A stretch of DNA of 64,000 bases from Eledone cirrhosa (Eukaryota): positions 123,194,001 through 123,258,000 of the forward strand of contig OZ024741.1 in NCBI GenBank assembly GCA_964016885.1. The letters run 5' to 3'. Each line of letters opens with the position of its first letter. Position 1 is the stretch's first letter. Of the stretch, positions 45,530 through 59,045 are shown piece after piece. A program made the position numbers and the translations under genes. The notes under the pieces were generated by a model, which was not told where the DNA came from, did no database searches, and was given only the letters and a program-made list of their open reading frames with translations.

Positions 45530-45648
45530 AAAACGAGCCTAATAATGAACGCTTCAACCTTTCACTGGTTAGTTCGTCCTATTACCATTTACCATTAGGT
45601 ATACACACACAAACACATATACACACACACACACACGCACACACACAT

Positions 45649-45701
<53 letters not shown>

Positions 45702-45873
45702 GTAAAATATGTTAATTAATCACCGACACTATTGTATGCAGAATAGAGCACATAATGAAGTCTAAAATAGGTCTACGTACTCTGGAGTATAATTAGAATA
45801 ATAAAGTACAAGTCAACAGGGTAAAAGTTATTTCATATAAATTGGCAGTTTTATATATTTTGATATAACTATT

Positions 45874-45985
45874 GTTTCTACTTTAGGCACAAGGCTAGCA
45901 ATTACACAGTGCATTACTGGTACTTTATTTTATCGACCCCGTAAGGATGAAAGGCAAAGTCAACCTCGGAGGGATTTGAACTCAG
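45874..45985 (-). mobile_element. SINE S1 with 17 bp TSD
   Basis: ATTTTGATATAACTATT at 45857-45873 and 45986-46002. Confidence 0.9.
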
Positions 45986-46481
45986 ATTTTGATATAACTA
46001 TTATGCATGAGTTATGACCTAATCAGGCAACTAATATTTGAACAGAAAAAAAAAACACGAATAAGAAAAAAAATGTTGTTTCACTTCACTGATATGTCTG
46101 ACTGAACATTGGTGTTGCTTTCTCAAACTGTGTGACATGACTTAGAATAAACAACCTCACAGCATCAACACAAATGTTGTACAAAGTCAGAAATAGTTCC
46201 ACCAAGAAACCATCCAGCCATTGAGAACACTTTAGTAGTGCCATTGTCTGAGATTGGTTTCCACTTGCTCGGGAACCAGGTCATTCACAGATGATTTAGC
46301 ATCAGTGGTTAACCTTATAAATTGGTTCCTGTGGTATTTGTCTACAGCAAACAACAATAACTGTTCAGGCTCCATCGACGATAGCTCAGTTAAATAGGGA
46401 TGGCACTTCGCTTCAATGACCGTAGTAATAATGGCACTCGGCTTGAGTAACTATAGTAGTGGTGGCAGTAGTGATAATATA

Positions 46482-46868
46482 ATTGTTTCTACTTTAGGCA
46501 CAAGGCCAGCAATAACCCAGTACATTACTGGTACTTTATTTTATCGACCCCGTAAGGATGAAAGGCAAAGTTAACCTCGGCGGGATTTGAACTCAGACCG
46601 TAAAGGGATGTAACTGTGCTGGAAAGCATGGCGTCCAACCCTCTACCGATACTGCCAATTCACATATAATATAATATAATTGTTTCTGCTTTTGTTATAT
46701 GCCAGCAATTACCCAGTGTATTACTGGTACTTTAATTTATCGACCCCGTAAGGATGAAAGATAAAGTTGACCTCGGTGGGATTTGAACTCTAACCATAAA
46801 GGGCAGTAACTCTTTGCTGCAAAGCATGGCATCCGACCCTCTACTGATACTGCCAATCCACCGCCCTT
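46482..46868 (-). mobile_element. Two adjacent SINE S1 copies
   Basis: 46482-46660 and 46680-46868, each with tail, core and B box. Confidence 0.88.
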
Positions 46869-47402
46869 TATCATATAATATAATATACAGTCTCGCAGGA
46901 AGTAAAATTAAGGGTGAAGATAGACGACCATTAAATAAATAAGGAATTGATCAAAAGCGAAAAGTAAGAATAAAGAAGAACCATGAGACAGAAGAAAACA
47001 CACAAAAGGTGGGATGTGTGAAGAGTACCAAGATTATACTAAGCCAATGCCTAATATGTATCATAAAATTGATAGTCATGCAGAGATATAAAATGTGCTA
47101 AGGAACCTATAAGATCTGTACAGACGTTGCGGAGAGGCGTATTCCTCGTATTATTAATTAAAGAAAACATATTTTTCCTCAGGCTTGATACAGACCGAAG
47201 ATAGTACACGCGTAGATATTATCCAAAAATCGTTGCGCGATTCTAGGGCGTGGGTCTGATTCACGAAAGAGAACGTGGGATTTAACCAGCCCTGATAGTA
47301 GGTCAAACAGCACATCTTTCTCACATGGTCAATGTGTCTGATGAGCCAGTGAGGCGAAATTCCAGATAACCATGACACTATTTAGCCTTAATATAATGAA
47401 AA

Positions 47403-47685
<283 letters not shown>

Positions 47686-47795
47686 TTGAACAAAAGGGCC
47701 ACGATTGGTTGCCTGAAGACTGTACGGTATAATTCGGGCTGTTAGTTTGTTTACAAACAAACCGAACATATAATAAATGTTCGGTAAACCCATAC

Positions 47796-47861
<66 letters not shown>

Positions 47862-48114
47862 TATGTATGTATATATATACATACTGCTGTACGTCTCAAT
47901 ACATATATGTGTGTACGTATACATACATACTCACATTTAAGTATCAGCCGTACTAAGAGTGAAAAATGAAATTTCGTTTCATTCTTTTCCATTTATCGTT
48001 TTCTGTGCGCCCGGCCGACTAACTCACACGATATGCAAATTAGGCTGCTCAGCCGTTAATATGCATAAGGAAAGTATATACTTTCAGACGTACAATCATC
48101 TGGCAGGAAGATAT

Positions 48115-48157
48115 ACGATGTTGACAATAGCTAATAAGCTTGAAACTAGTACATCGT
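48115..48157 (+). ncRNA. Hammerhead (R1), core mutated to UUGACAA, probably inactive
   Basis: Stems intact, two core substitutions. Confidence 0.7.
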
Positions 48158-48548
48158 TCCTGTGTCAGTGTTGAACAAAAAGGCGACGTTGGTTGCCTGA
48201 ACACTGTACGGCTTAATTCGGGCTGTTTGTTTGTTTACAAACAAATCGAACATTATAATAAATGTTCGGTAAACCCGTACGTACATGTATATATGTGTGC
48301 ATGTATGTATATACATCCTACTGTAGGTCTGTATACATATATGTATGTACGTATACATACATACTTATATTTAAGTATAAGCCGTACTAAGAGTGAGAAA
48401 TGGAATTTCGTTTCATTCTTTTCCATTTATCGTTTTCAGTGCGCCCGGCCGACTAACTTACTCGATATGCAAATTAGGCTGCTCAGCCGTTAATATACAT
48501 AAGGGAAGTATATACTTTCAGACATTCAATCATCTGGCAGGATGGTAT

Positions 48549-48591
48549 ACGATGCTGACGATAGCTAATAAGCTTGAAATTAGTACATCGT
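48549..48591 (+). ncRNA. Type I hammerhead (R1), intact core, predicted cut after 48585
   Basis: ACGAUG-CUGACGA-U-AGCU-AAUA-AGCU-U-GAAA-UUAG-UA-CAUCGU. Confidence 0.88.
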
Positions 48592-48980
48592 TCCTTTGGC
48601 AGTGTTGAACAAAAGAGCAACGGTGGTTGCTAAACACTGTACGGCTTAATTCAGGATGTTTGTTTACAAACACACCGAGCATTATAATAAATGTTCGGTA
48701 AATCCATACATGCATATATATAGATGCGCATGTATGTATATATATATATATATACACACTACTGTACGTATACGTATATGTATGTACGTATACATACTTA
48801 TATTTAAGTAACCGCCGTACTAAGAGTGAAAAAGGAAATTTCGTTTAATGTTTTCCGTTTATCGTTTTCGGTGCGCCCGGCCGATTAACTCACTCGATAT
48901 GCAAATTAGGCTGCTCAGCCGTTAATATGCATAAGGAAAGTATATACTTTCAGACGTTCAATAATCTGGCAGGAAGGTAT

Positions 48981-49023
48981 ACGATGCTGACGATAGCTAA
49001 TAAGCTTGAAACTAGTACATCTT
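48981..49023 (+). ncRNA. Type I hammerhead (R1), intact core, predicted cut after 49017
   Basis: ACGAUG-CUGACGA-U-AGCU-AAUA-AGCU-U-GAAA-CUAG-UA-CAUCUU. Confidence 0.88.
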
Positions 49024-49299
49024 TCCTGTGTCATTGTTGAACAAAAAGGTGACGATGGTTGCCTGAACACTGTACGGCGTAATTCGGGCTGTTTGTTTGT
49101 TTACAAACAAACCAAACATTATAATAAATGTTCCGTAAACCCATACGTACATATATATATATGTGTGCATGTATGTATATATATACATACTACTGTACGT
49201 CTGTATACATATATGTATGTACGTATACATACATACTTACATTTAAGTATCAGCCGTACTAAGAGTGAGAAATGAAATTTTGTTTCATTCTTTAACATT

Positions 49300-49474
<175 letters not shown>

Positions 49475-49482
49475 AATGTATT

Positions 49483-49803
49483 CTGAGTTTTTCGAATATT
49501 AATAATAACATTCGATTCGTTTGCAATTATGCAAACAAATCTCAATTTTATAGCCATGTCAGTAGAATGAACCCTTCATTCTTGCTCTTGTGTTGGCATT
49601 ACACAGAACAGCAGACATTAATGTTTCTGGGTATCACCTTTCATCAGTACAGCTGAAACATTAGTGTCTGCAGTCCTGTTCAATTGCCAACAGAAGAGCA
49701 AGAATGAAGCGTTCATTCTACTGACATGGCTATAAAATTGAGGCTGTTTTGCCTAAATGCAAACGAATCGAATGTTATTATTAATAGTCGAAAAAATCAG
49801 ATT
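49483..49803. mobile_element. Fold-back element (family R2), arms about 145 bp, between (TA)n tracts
   Basis: 49483-49627 is the inverse of 49655-49803; homologous to 55985-56170 and 59205-59390. Confidence 0.85.
49609..49652 (-). ncRNA. Type I hammerhead (R2)
   Basis: CUGUA-CUGAUGA-AAGGUGAUACCCA-GAAA-CAUUAAUG-UC-UGCUG; perfect palindrome ACAUUAAUGU in stem III. Confidence 0.7.
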
Positions 49804-49843
49804 TCATATATTGTATTCAGCCATGTAGAGCGAAAAACGTTTT

Positions 49844-49902
<59 letters not shown>

Positions 49903-49904
49903 AA

Positions 49905-50880
49905 AAAAATCAAAGATCGCCTACATACTCAAACAAGTTTATTTACTGACAATATTTCATCCATACCGTAGGGCAGGAATCATCAGAGCTTTATAAACAA
50001 AAACACAGTGCTGAGTATAAGCTCTACCAAGTTTAGTCACATTAACATTAGAAATACACTACAGGATAATACGAGGGAGATTGGAAATGGAAAGTATGGA
50101 GAAAATGCGTAATGGGGTTGTTATTCAACAGTACAGCTACATATGAGGATATAAGCAGATTTTCCCACAAGAAGCGGAAGCACGTGAGGTCACACAGAAT
50201 CAAATAAAGCATTTAACGATAGTTAAAACATAATAATAATAAAGTAAAATAAAAATAATAATATAAAAAGATAAATATATAATTTAAAAACAAATTATAA
50301 GCACCCAAAAGCAAGAGGGAGGAGGTTATGCGTTGGTCACTATAAAAGACAGGTGATTTAGTTTTCCATAACTTAGAGTTATAGAAATACTAAGAGGCCC
50401 CTAAGGTGCCTTCAGAAAGTCGAAAGGGGGTTTTATTCCTCCCCATAGTATACATAATCAGGGTATACTAAACCTGCACAAAGACAGGCACCACATCAAT
50501 ACAAGCCAAATACAAAACAAATATGGTTTAGTCTCCGTATAAGGCACATCTGGCGATGAGTCACAACCTATATATATCCACCTTAGAAGTTAATCCAATC
50601 GGTTTCATATGCCCCAATTGACGAGGAGTTATAATATAACTAGCTCGTCCGTAGATGGTAATCCGGTTTAGAACTCACAACATATGTAGATCTTCCGTAA
50701 AGTGTAATCCAGTTGCATTCATATGCTCACCATAACAAATCAGCCCAAATAGTAATATGTGTTACAGGCTGATGTTACACATCCAAAGTTCTCACATGTT
50801 TAAAATCGCAGACCGCTTTGTGCTATATATCCAAGTTGCAGCTCCAGATTCCGTATAACCAAATTCGTCACACCAAATCC
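49905..50880 (-). mobile_element. PLE 3' remnant (GIY-YIG and pseudo-LTR)
   Basis: Hand translation YECN..LYGRST and YFYNSKLWKTKSP; terminal HHR plus AATAAA abutting (TA)n. Confidence 0.45.
49937..49998 (-). ncRNA. Type I hammerhead motif
   Basis: GCU-CUGAUGA-U-UCC-UGCC-CUAC-GGUA-U-GGA-U-GAAA-UAUUG-UC-AGU, then AATAAA; related to the 11449 motif. Confidence 0.7.
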
Positions 50881-50904
50881 AGCTGCGAGCACGTCCAAAT
50901 AATT

Positions 50905-50975
50905 ATTTCTACGTTAGGCACAAGGCCAGCAATTACCCAGTGCATTACTGGTACTTTATTTTATCGACCCCGTAA
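50905..50975 (-). mobile_element. SINE S1 3' fragment
   Basis: TTTCTACGTTAGGCACAAGGCCAGCAATTACCCAGTGC...ATCGACCCCGTAA. Confidence 0.8.
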
Positions 50976-51079
50976 CGCAGCAGTAGTTCCCCGTTCACCA
51001 AACGCGCACAGCACGTGGATTAACAATTAATATAAAACAGGAAATAACACAAATTGCTCAAATCAGCAAATCCAGCAGG

Positions 51080-51129
<50 letters not shown>

Positions 51130-51147
51130 GTGTGTATGTGTGTATGA

Positions 51148-51250
<103 letters not shown>

Positions 51251-51399
51251 TATATATAAGCTGAAATTTTACTGTTTATTATAGTTCTATTGTTATTAAT
51301 TGTATTTGCTATAGTGAGGGGTTGGTCGAGTGCTTTTATGCCTCATTCTTTACATTGATCAATTTGTAAAAATGTTCCTCAAAAATAAGGAATACTAGC

Positions 51400-51622
51400 T
51401 TACCTCCCTTTCACTAACACACTGAATATCCTATCATGCCGCGAATTTAGAAGGTCTTTTCCGGTCGTTATTTCAATTAGCTCCACCAAACATTCTTCAC
51501 AGGGGCGTCTCTCATTCCGGTATGGGCGGACGAATTTTAGCACGCACCACTGTAGTGTGTATTCAATATTAGCGGGTTTCAGATCCCAGAATTTGTTCCC
51601 CAGGGCCGTAGATCTTGCTATA
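51400..51622 (-). mobile_element. PLE GIY-YIG C-terminal fragment (not in the ORF track)
   Basis: Hand translation STALGNKFWDLKPANIEYTLQWCVLKFVRPYRNERRPCEECLVELIEI...LLNSR parallels 62550-62750. Confidence 0.7.
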
Positions 51623-52860
51623 CATATATATATGATTAACTAGCAAAATGTTTTCTCTTGTTACGGTCGAGTGCTCCATGTTGCTGACATGTGCTGCTAT
51701 ATTAAGCATTATCCCCAACCCCACCGAGTCAGCTACTACTGCTGTGATTTACTGAGTGACAAGTAGCTAATGCCACACGTGAATATTGGAACCGACTTGA
51801 TAATTTTGTAGTAAGGTCGATTATCAGAAATCCCTTATAGGATGTGTGTGCGCGCGCACTTGTGCATGCATGCATACATTAATGAATATAGAGGCATACT
51901 TGTATACATGCATATACATATACTCAAATACCCAAACGTTTCTCAAATTATCTGTTTGAAGATTTAACAAAATGTAGGAGTGTAGGCGTGCATGTTATTC
52001 AACACTATAGGGATGCATTGAGCTGCAAGTGAGCATTATTTATGATATTGGAATATGATATCATAATTACATAAATTCTGTTTCATAACATCTTATGTTT
52101 GACGGACCGTTAAACCGTGAAGCAGAATTAAGTAACTCCAGCTGAATTATCTTCACACTTGAACAGATGTGCAAAGAAGGAATACAATTTATATGTAACT
52201 TCAAATATCTGTGTATGTATTTACACATAAAATGGCAGAGGCTCCAACTAATTATTTTATTACAAGCTGTAGTTCGTATATAAATGGTAAATGTGAATTA
52301 TGTGTGTCTATATTATAGAATTTTCTGTAATATATTATGGTAATGGCAAAATTGCGTTCTTTGCTTCTGTAAATCGTCTTTCTAATTTATAAATTTATTA
52401 CAGATGCTGTTAATAGTATTTTAGTAGAAACTAGGGAAATTATTCGAACGGTGTTATTGTATCTAACGTACTTATATTTCGAGTTCAGTGAAATGTTGTC
52501 ACGAATGATTATGTCTATCACATCTCAGTTAGAGTTATAATAAAATAAGTTATCTTCAAATATGAATATTCTTGAAATACATATTGTGTTGTATCTATTT
52601 TAAATACATGTTGAATATAGAGGCTTGGATATAGACACGACCTCAGTTTCAGGATGCGATTGTGTAGATATTCAGTTGGCAATATCATATATTGAGTATT
52701 CAACGTGATATAGATTACTGAAATACAGTGATAATAGTATTAAATATTGAAACATATGTATATGTACGATCATATACGCACATAATACATACGTATATGT
52801 AGATGTGCGTATATGATCGTACAGGTATCCACAATATGAATTTTCTATTATATTTATGTA

Positions 52861-53720
52861 CTAGCTGAATTACCCGGGGTTGCCCGGGTTACTGCTGTTA
52901 TTATGCAGATCAGTAAGCAATAAATATGAATATATGTTCTTTCTTTCTGATAATTATTTCAAAATATCTATATTTCATGAAACAAAAATATCAACATTGT
53001 AATGATAATAGAATTTGGAAATGAAAATCTGTCAATTTTGAAGCACCTTAGGGTAAACAATATCCATTGCGTAACTCATGTATGTGTAGATGTGTATTTA
53101 ATAACGTAACTAATGATCGCACAAACACACACACACTCACAGACACATACATATTCATATACAAAATGTGACGTCCTAATGTTTCAATTCAAATGAAAAT
53201 AAAAATACTCACACACACATACACACACACTCACTCACTCTTACATACACACACACATACACTCTCACATACACTCACACACACTCACACACATACACTC
53301 TCACATACACTCTCACATACACTCACATACATATACTAAAACAGACACATACACAGACATACATTCACGCACACCTGTCTGTCATCACATACGTATCTAT
53401 ATGTGTAGATGTGCGTGTGTTTAAATCTCTGAGGCCTAACATACATACTGAATGTACAAACACACACACACACTGACAGACACATACACACTCATATACA
53501 AAATGTGAGTCGTGGTTGTGGTGGTTTACTATAGTTGACTATGAAAATATTATTTTAGATAACATCTTATATTGTTTTAATCCCAATGAAAATAAAAATT
53601 ACATGTTGACACTCCCAGGGTCTAATACTAATACCTTGTAAAATTTTATTTGATATGGTCCAGCCGTTAGAGAATGCATAGGAACAGACAGACAGACAAA
53701 AAGTTGTATAGAGAGAGAGA
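52861..53720 (-). mobile_element. Non-autonomous Helitron with (GTCT)n and (TG)n
   Basis: Minus strand A|TCTCTC...TATAC..GTCTGTCTGTCTG..AACGGCTGGACC; 3' hairpin ACCCGGGCAACCCCGGGT; CTAG|T. Confidence 0.85.
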
Positions 53721-54109
53721 TGTCTATGTTTGAGAAACATATCTGCTTATATATACATTTCATTTGAGCGCATATGCAAATATATCTGATTCTCAGCTAC
53801 AATAATAATATAAATGATAAATATATATTCGTTACGCATTTATTAGTTTGTTTATATGTGCACATTCTATTATTTATCTTGGGAGTGTTCTTCTGATAGT
53901 GTCTCATGATGTGTATAGTAATATACATGATTTAATATATTATAACGCATAGATGGGATATGCGTGTGAAGATATATCTGTGCAGTTTTGCAACTGTAAT
54001 TAAGTTAAGCAAATTCAACAATGGAAATGAAATTGACTTAGATGTAAAGTTGTTTTTACGTGAAGGAATTAATATACATACAAGGGAAAACGAATTAAAA
54101 ACATGTATG

Positions 54110-54197
<88 letters not shown>

Positions 54198-54316
54198 AGA
54201 ATATTGTTTTCAGACATTGTCTATTGTTGAATAATATTGCGTAACATTGATATTGCCTATGGTTAATCGAATCACCCAAATGTAAATATACGCTATATTA
54301 TGGATACATACATACA

Positions 54317-54362
<46 letters not shown>

Positions 54363-54839
54363 TAGAACACTAGAAGGTAATATCCGTAGTAGTAGAGAAC
54401 TCAGTCCATGGGACGAGTTAGGTTGATGTGGTAATAATAGTTACTTCACCATACCGAGAAGAATTGTTTCACCTTAGCGGATACTCAGCTCGTAATGGTC
54501 ATGGTTATACGGAATAGGAAGGACAACTGTATGAACGCGCATGTGCACAAACGGTCAGTTCACCCATGCAATTCAGCACTGCGGGCGAAATGTGTAAGGA
54601 AGATAACGAGATCTAGTTGATAAGAAAATTAGGATGTTGTTGTTATTCAATCTGGAGCTTTGTAGTTATGTAAGATGTGTTTTCAGACATGTGGAGAACG
54701 TTTGAAGAATTCATTGCTTGAGTTTAGGCATCGCTATTGCGTAATCTCCTTAGAATATGTATCTGTTCATCAATACATACTCCACAAGACGGATCGTCCC
54801 ATGCGTATGGCTTGGACTTAGTGATGCCTGGACTTAGTG

Positions 54840-54920
<81 letters not shown>

Positions 54921-54927
<7 letters not shown>

Positions 54928-55243
54928 TAAGAACAAAAGATGGTTAAAGGAGTTCCATGTATTTTATTATGCGCATTTCAAAAACAAATGTCATCATGCA
55001 ATAATATTTGTGTTTTCATCAGATAAAACAGGAGGAAATGATATGAAGGCTAAAAAACATTTGTGGATAGTTCAGTTTTAAATCAACATATGAGAAGTAG
55101 TTTTAGATTGATGTGTGAGATTGAGAAAAATATTTTATTTAGAGGTTGGGGGGTGGAAAGGATGAAAAAAAGAGGAGGAGATGAGAGTGAAGGTGGAGAA
55201 TGAGGAGTATAGTGAGGAATGATGAGATTGGAGGAGAGATGGG

Positions 55244-55281
<38 letters not shown>

Positions 55282-55465
55282 TTTTTATAACTGAGAAAGA
55301 TATATTGTTTTACATAGAGAGGTTGAAAACCGTTGGAAGATAATGTATGAATTAAAAGAATTTGAAAATTAACGAAGAGAAAAAGAGAAAAATGTGCGAA
55401 GAAAGAGAAGGAGTTAATATGTATTGAGAATAATGAGTTAGATGATAGAGAGAAAAGATAATGAA
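54921..55465 (-). repeat. Direct repeat D1 (PLE pseudo-LTR-like), copy of 57915-58446
   Basis: High identity between the copies by eye; carries an HHR. Confidence 0.85.
54960..55030 (-). ncRNA. Type I hammerhead, intact
   Basis: UGUUUUAU-CUGAUGA-[AAACACAAAU...AUUUGUUUUU]-GAAA-UGCGCA-UA-AUAAAAUA. Confidence 0.85.
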
Positions 55466-55719
55466 TTGTGGATGAATATTCTAACGTCAAAAAAAAAAAA
55501 AAAAAAAAAATTGTATATGTTTACGAAGGATTTTTATAAGGTGATATAGAGTAAGAATGTGTTGTATTATGTAATAATTGATTCTATGTTAGGCAAGAGT
55601 GAGAAAAGGTACAGATTAGGGGTTAGATATTAGAAGAGAAGAAAAGGAAGTGATAAATATGAGTGATGTAGAAAGAGTAAAACAGGTATTACAGAAATTT
55701 GAAAATTAACGAAGAGAAA

Positions 55720-55758
<39 letters not shown>

Positions 55759-55762
<4 letters not shown>

Positions 55763-56866
55763 AACATGAAGACAACGAAGCAAACAACACACTACGATGG
55801 AGGTCATATATTAGTTTAACGCCTGAAAGGATCTTTTATGTGTCAGTTACTTTTCCCTTATCAGAAAATAAGTAAGAATTAAAAGTTGAAATAGAAAGAT
55901 ATAGAGTGGGAAGATGAGGGAACAGAAACAATGTTTGAGTATATATATTTATATATATATTTATATATATATATATACATAGTCTAAATTTAATCTGAAT
56001 TTTTCGTATATTAATAATAATATTCGATTCGTTTTCAATTATGCAAACAAGCCTCATTTCTAAAGCCATGTCAGTAGAATGAACTCTTCGTTATTGCTGT
56101 TGTGTTGGCATGTAAACAGAACTGCAGAAACTAATGTTTCTGGATATCATCCTTCTTCAGTACAGTTCACTATTCACCTGCCAACTGCCAGAGCTAGTGA
56201 AAATATATGATATTTTCTCAAATATACAGTGACTGATCGGCCTGATTTGCATATTAGCAGACTGGCTGATCAGTCAGATCTGCATATTAGCAGATCCACT
56301 GATCAGCCAGATTTGCATATCAGCAGATTTTTTCTTATTTAAAGATAGTTTAATTTATACCAAACCTCTATTTTGTATTAACAATATCATAACCCTAACG
56401 AATAATTTAAATAAAGTAATAAAGCCTCATGCCACACTTCCTGCAGGTTTTGAAAACCTAGTTAGTGATATTAGCCGTTGGATATCAAATCTATTTGCAA
56501 CCAGGGAGATTTTCTATATGGCTGCGACTTACTACACCCAAACCCTCCTAGATACTGGTTTTAAGGACACAATTAAGCACACACCCAATCAATCCCAAAC
56601 TAACCATACTAAATATGCTAACAGAAAAGTAAAGTAAAGACTAACGTATGTAAGTAGATTTTACATTCAATAGATAGACATTTCCCACCACAATTTGCAG
56701 TATAGTATATATACACTAAAGTATCCAATCGCAATTTTGCCAAGATATCCTTTCCATGTGTCCACTCTATATGATAAAAAATACTCTAAAGAGTTACTTG
56801 ACATAAATCCAAGCTGCTCTTGTAAGATTAAAGAGGACTGCCCTCTCCAAGAGAAATTTAATATCA
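55759..56866. repeat. Left arm of a near-perfect inverted repeat of about 1.1 kb
   Basis: Reverse complement of 58509-59616; identical ORF translations appear on opposite strands. Confidence 0.93.
56119..56168 (-). ncRNA. Type I hammerhead (R2)
   Basis: GAACUGUA-CUGAAGA-A-GGAU-GAU-AUCC-A-GAAA-CAUUAGUU-UC-UGCAGUUC; 8 bp stem I. Confidence 0.72.
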
Positions 56867-57290
56867 AAGCTGCTGTGTTTGAGGCCGATAGTGCAGACAG
56901 CACCAAAGAAAATTATGAGGTTAGCGACAAAAACGTTGGTATTGTGAACATCAATTCAAACACTGTTTTTTCTCGCATCTCCCTCAGTTCAGAACATCTG
57001 ATATAAGAACCAGCACGTCCCTGGCAAAAATGTATAGCAATTATAGGAGAAAGGATTCCAACATAAGGTTACTTAGAAGGTATTTGAAAGAAAGATCCCG
57101 AACTTAAACCAGTGGTACCAAGAGGTTTCACCTTTTCCTTAGTGAGGAATTTAGAATATTTCAAGGTGTGGGGTTTCCGAACAATAATTATTTAAACTCA
57201 AAGAATGAAATTGTTACAGGATGACTTCATGTCAGAAGCCAACTCATAGCTTGGTGGCAACACATAACTGCAATTGATTTTTAACCACCT
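56400..57290 (+). mobile_element. Internally deleted PLE with GIY-YIG remnant
   Basis: CSCKIKEDCPL..KAAVFEA; HLFLSEE; YLNSKNEIVTG*LH. Confidence 0.7.
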
Positions 57291-57559
57291 TACTTTGATT
57301 TATATACTTTCTTCATATAATTTCTTTTTCTAATTCCATACTTACATAATACAGTAAAATGTATATACTGCAATATCCCATACCTATTTTAAATACCAGT
57401 ATATAATAACATACATCTGCTATAGCGCACCAGTACTCAGCTGCTTTTCTATTTCAAATTTACATCTTTATGTTATGTGTTTCGATAGAATACATTTTTC
57501 GTAAACAAGCGTTCTAACTCGTCTAAAGCCAGAACATTAGGTCACATGTCTTATCACTC

Positions 57560-57610
57560 TCACCATCTGGAGATATAGTCAATATTGGACCGTGAAACCT
57601 TAGGTAGAGT
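57560..57610 (+). ncRNA. Degenerate hammerhead motif
   Basis: CUGGAGA-U-AUAGUC..GACCGU-GAAA-CCUUAGG-UA; core substitution and poor stem I. Confidence 0.4.
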
Positions 57611-57755
57611 TTTCGTCCTATGTGTGAACATAAATAAATAATATTATATATATATAACTGACGAATAGGTGTATCGCTCTACATGGCTGAATATAAGTAA
57701 TGCAAATATATACTATATATATATATACATACTATATATTTATCATATATATATA

Positions 57756-57830
<75 letters not shown>

Positions 57831-57914
57831 GGAGGTGAGTTTTATTGTAGTACAATAAAGCAATGCAGATATCGGATAAGAAGCACTCTACAGTTTGTGG
57901 GACTGGAGTATACA

Positions 57915-58446
57915 TAATATATAAGAACAAAAGATGGTTAAAGGAGTTCCATGTATTTTATTATGCGCATTTCAAAAACAAATAACATCATGCAATAATA
58001 TTTGTGTTTTCATCAGATAAAACAGGAGGACATGATATGAAGGCTAAAAAACATTTGTGGATAGTTCAGTTTTAAATCAACATATGAGAAATAGTTTTAG
58101 ATTGATGTGTGATATTGGAAAAAATATTTTATGAAGGGGGGTGGGGGTGGAAAGGATGAAAAAAAGAGGAGGAGATGAGAGTGAAGGTAGAGAGTGAGGA
58201 GTATATTGAGGAATGATGAGATAGGAGGAGAGATGGGTGATAGAGAGAGAGAGAGATAGTTTTTATAACTGAGAAAGATATATTGTTTTACATAGAGAGG
58301 TTGAAACCCGTTGGAAGATAATGTATAAATTAAAAGAATTTGAAAATTAACGAAGAGAAAAAGAGAAAAATATGTGCGAAGAAAGAGAAGGAGTTAATAT
58401 GTATTGAGAATAATGAGTTAGATGATAGGGAGAAAAGAATAATGAA
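57915..58446 (-). repeat. Direct repeat D2
   Basis: Copy of 54921-55465. Confidence 0.85.
57954..58024 (-). ncRNA. Type I hammerhead, intact (D2 copy)
   Basis: Same as 54960-55030; differences confined to distal stem II. Confidence 0.85.
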
Positions 58447-59045
58447 AAAAACAATAATGAAAAAAAGAATAATGAACAAAATAATGAAAAAAATAATGAA
58501 AAAAATAATGATATTAAATTTCTCTTGGAGAGGGCAGTCCTCTTTAATCTTACAAGAGCAGCTTGGATTTATGTCAAGTAACTCTTTAGAGTATTTTTTA
58601 TCATATAGAGTGGACACATGGAAATGATATCTTGGCAAAATTGCGATTGGATACTTTAGTGTATATATACTATACTGCAAATTGTGGTGGGAAATGTCTA
58701 TCTATTGAATGTAAAATCTACTTACATACGTTAGTCTTTACTTTACTTTTCTGTTAGCATATTTAGTATGGTTAGTTTGGGATTGATTGGGTGTGTGCTT
58801 AATTGTGTCCTTAAAACCAGTATCTAGGAGGGTTTGGGTGTAGTAAGTCGCAGCCATATAGAAAATCTCCCTGGTTGCAAATAGATTTGATATCCAACGG
58901 CTAATATCACTAACTAGGTTTTCAAAACCTGCAGGAAGTGTGGCATGAGGCTTTATTACTTTATTTAAATTATTCGTTAGGGTTATGATATTGTTAATAC
59001 AAAATAGAGGTTTGGTATAAATTAAACTATCTTTAAATAAGAAAA

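Noticed and set aside
46100-47390. Faint RT-like and C-terminal LINE peptides on the minus strand
   Set aside because: Too decayed to assign boundaries or clade.
47959-49275. Repeated short ORFs (MKLVHRSCVSVEQKG...) in the R1 array
   Set aside because: Non-ATG starts, frames not preserved between monomers, no recognisable domain.
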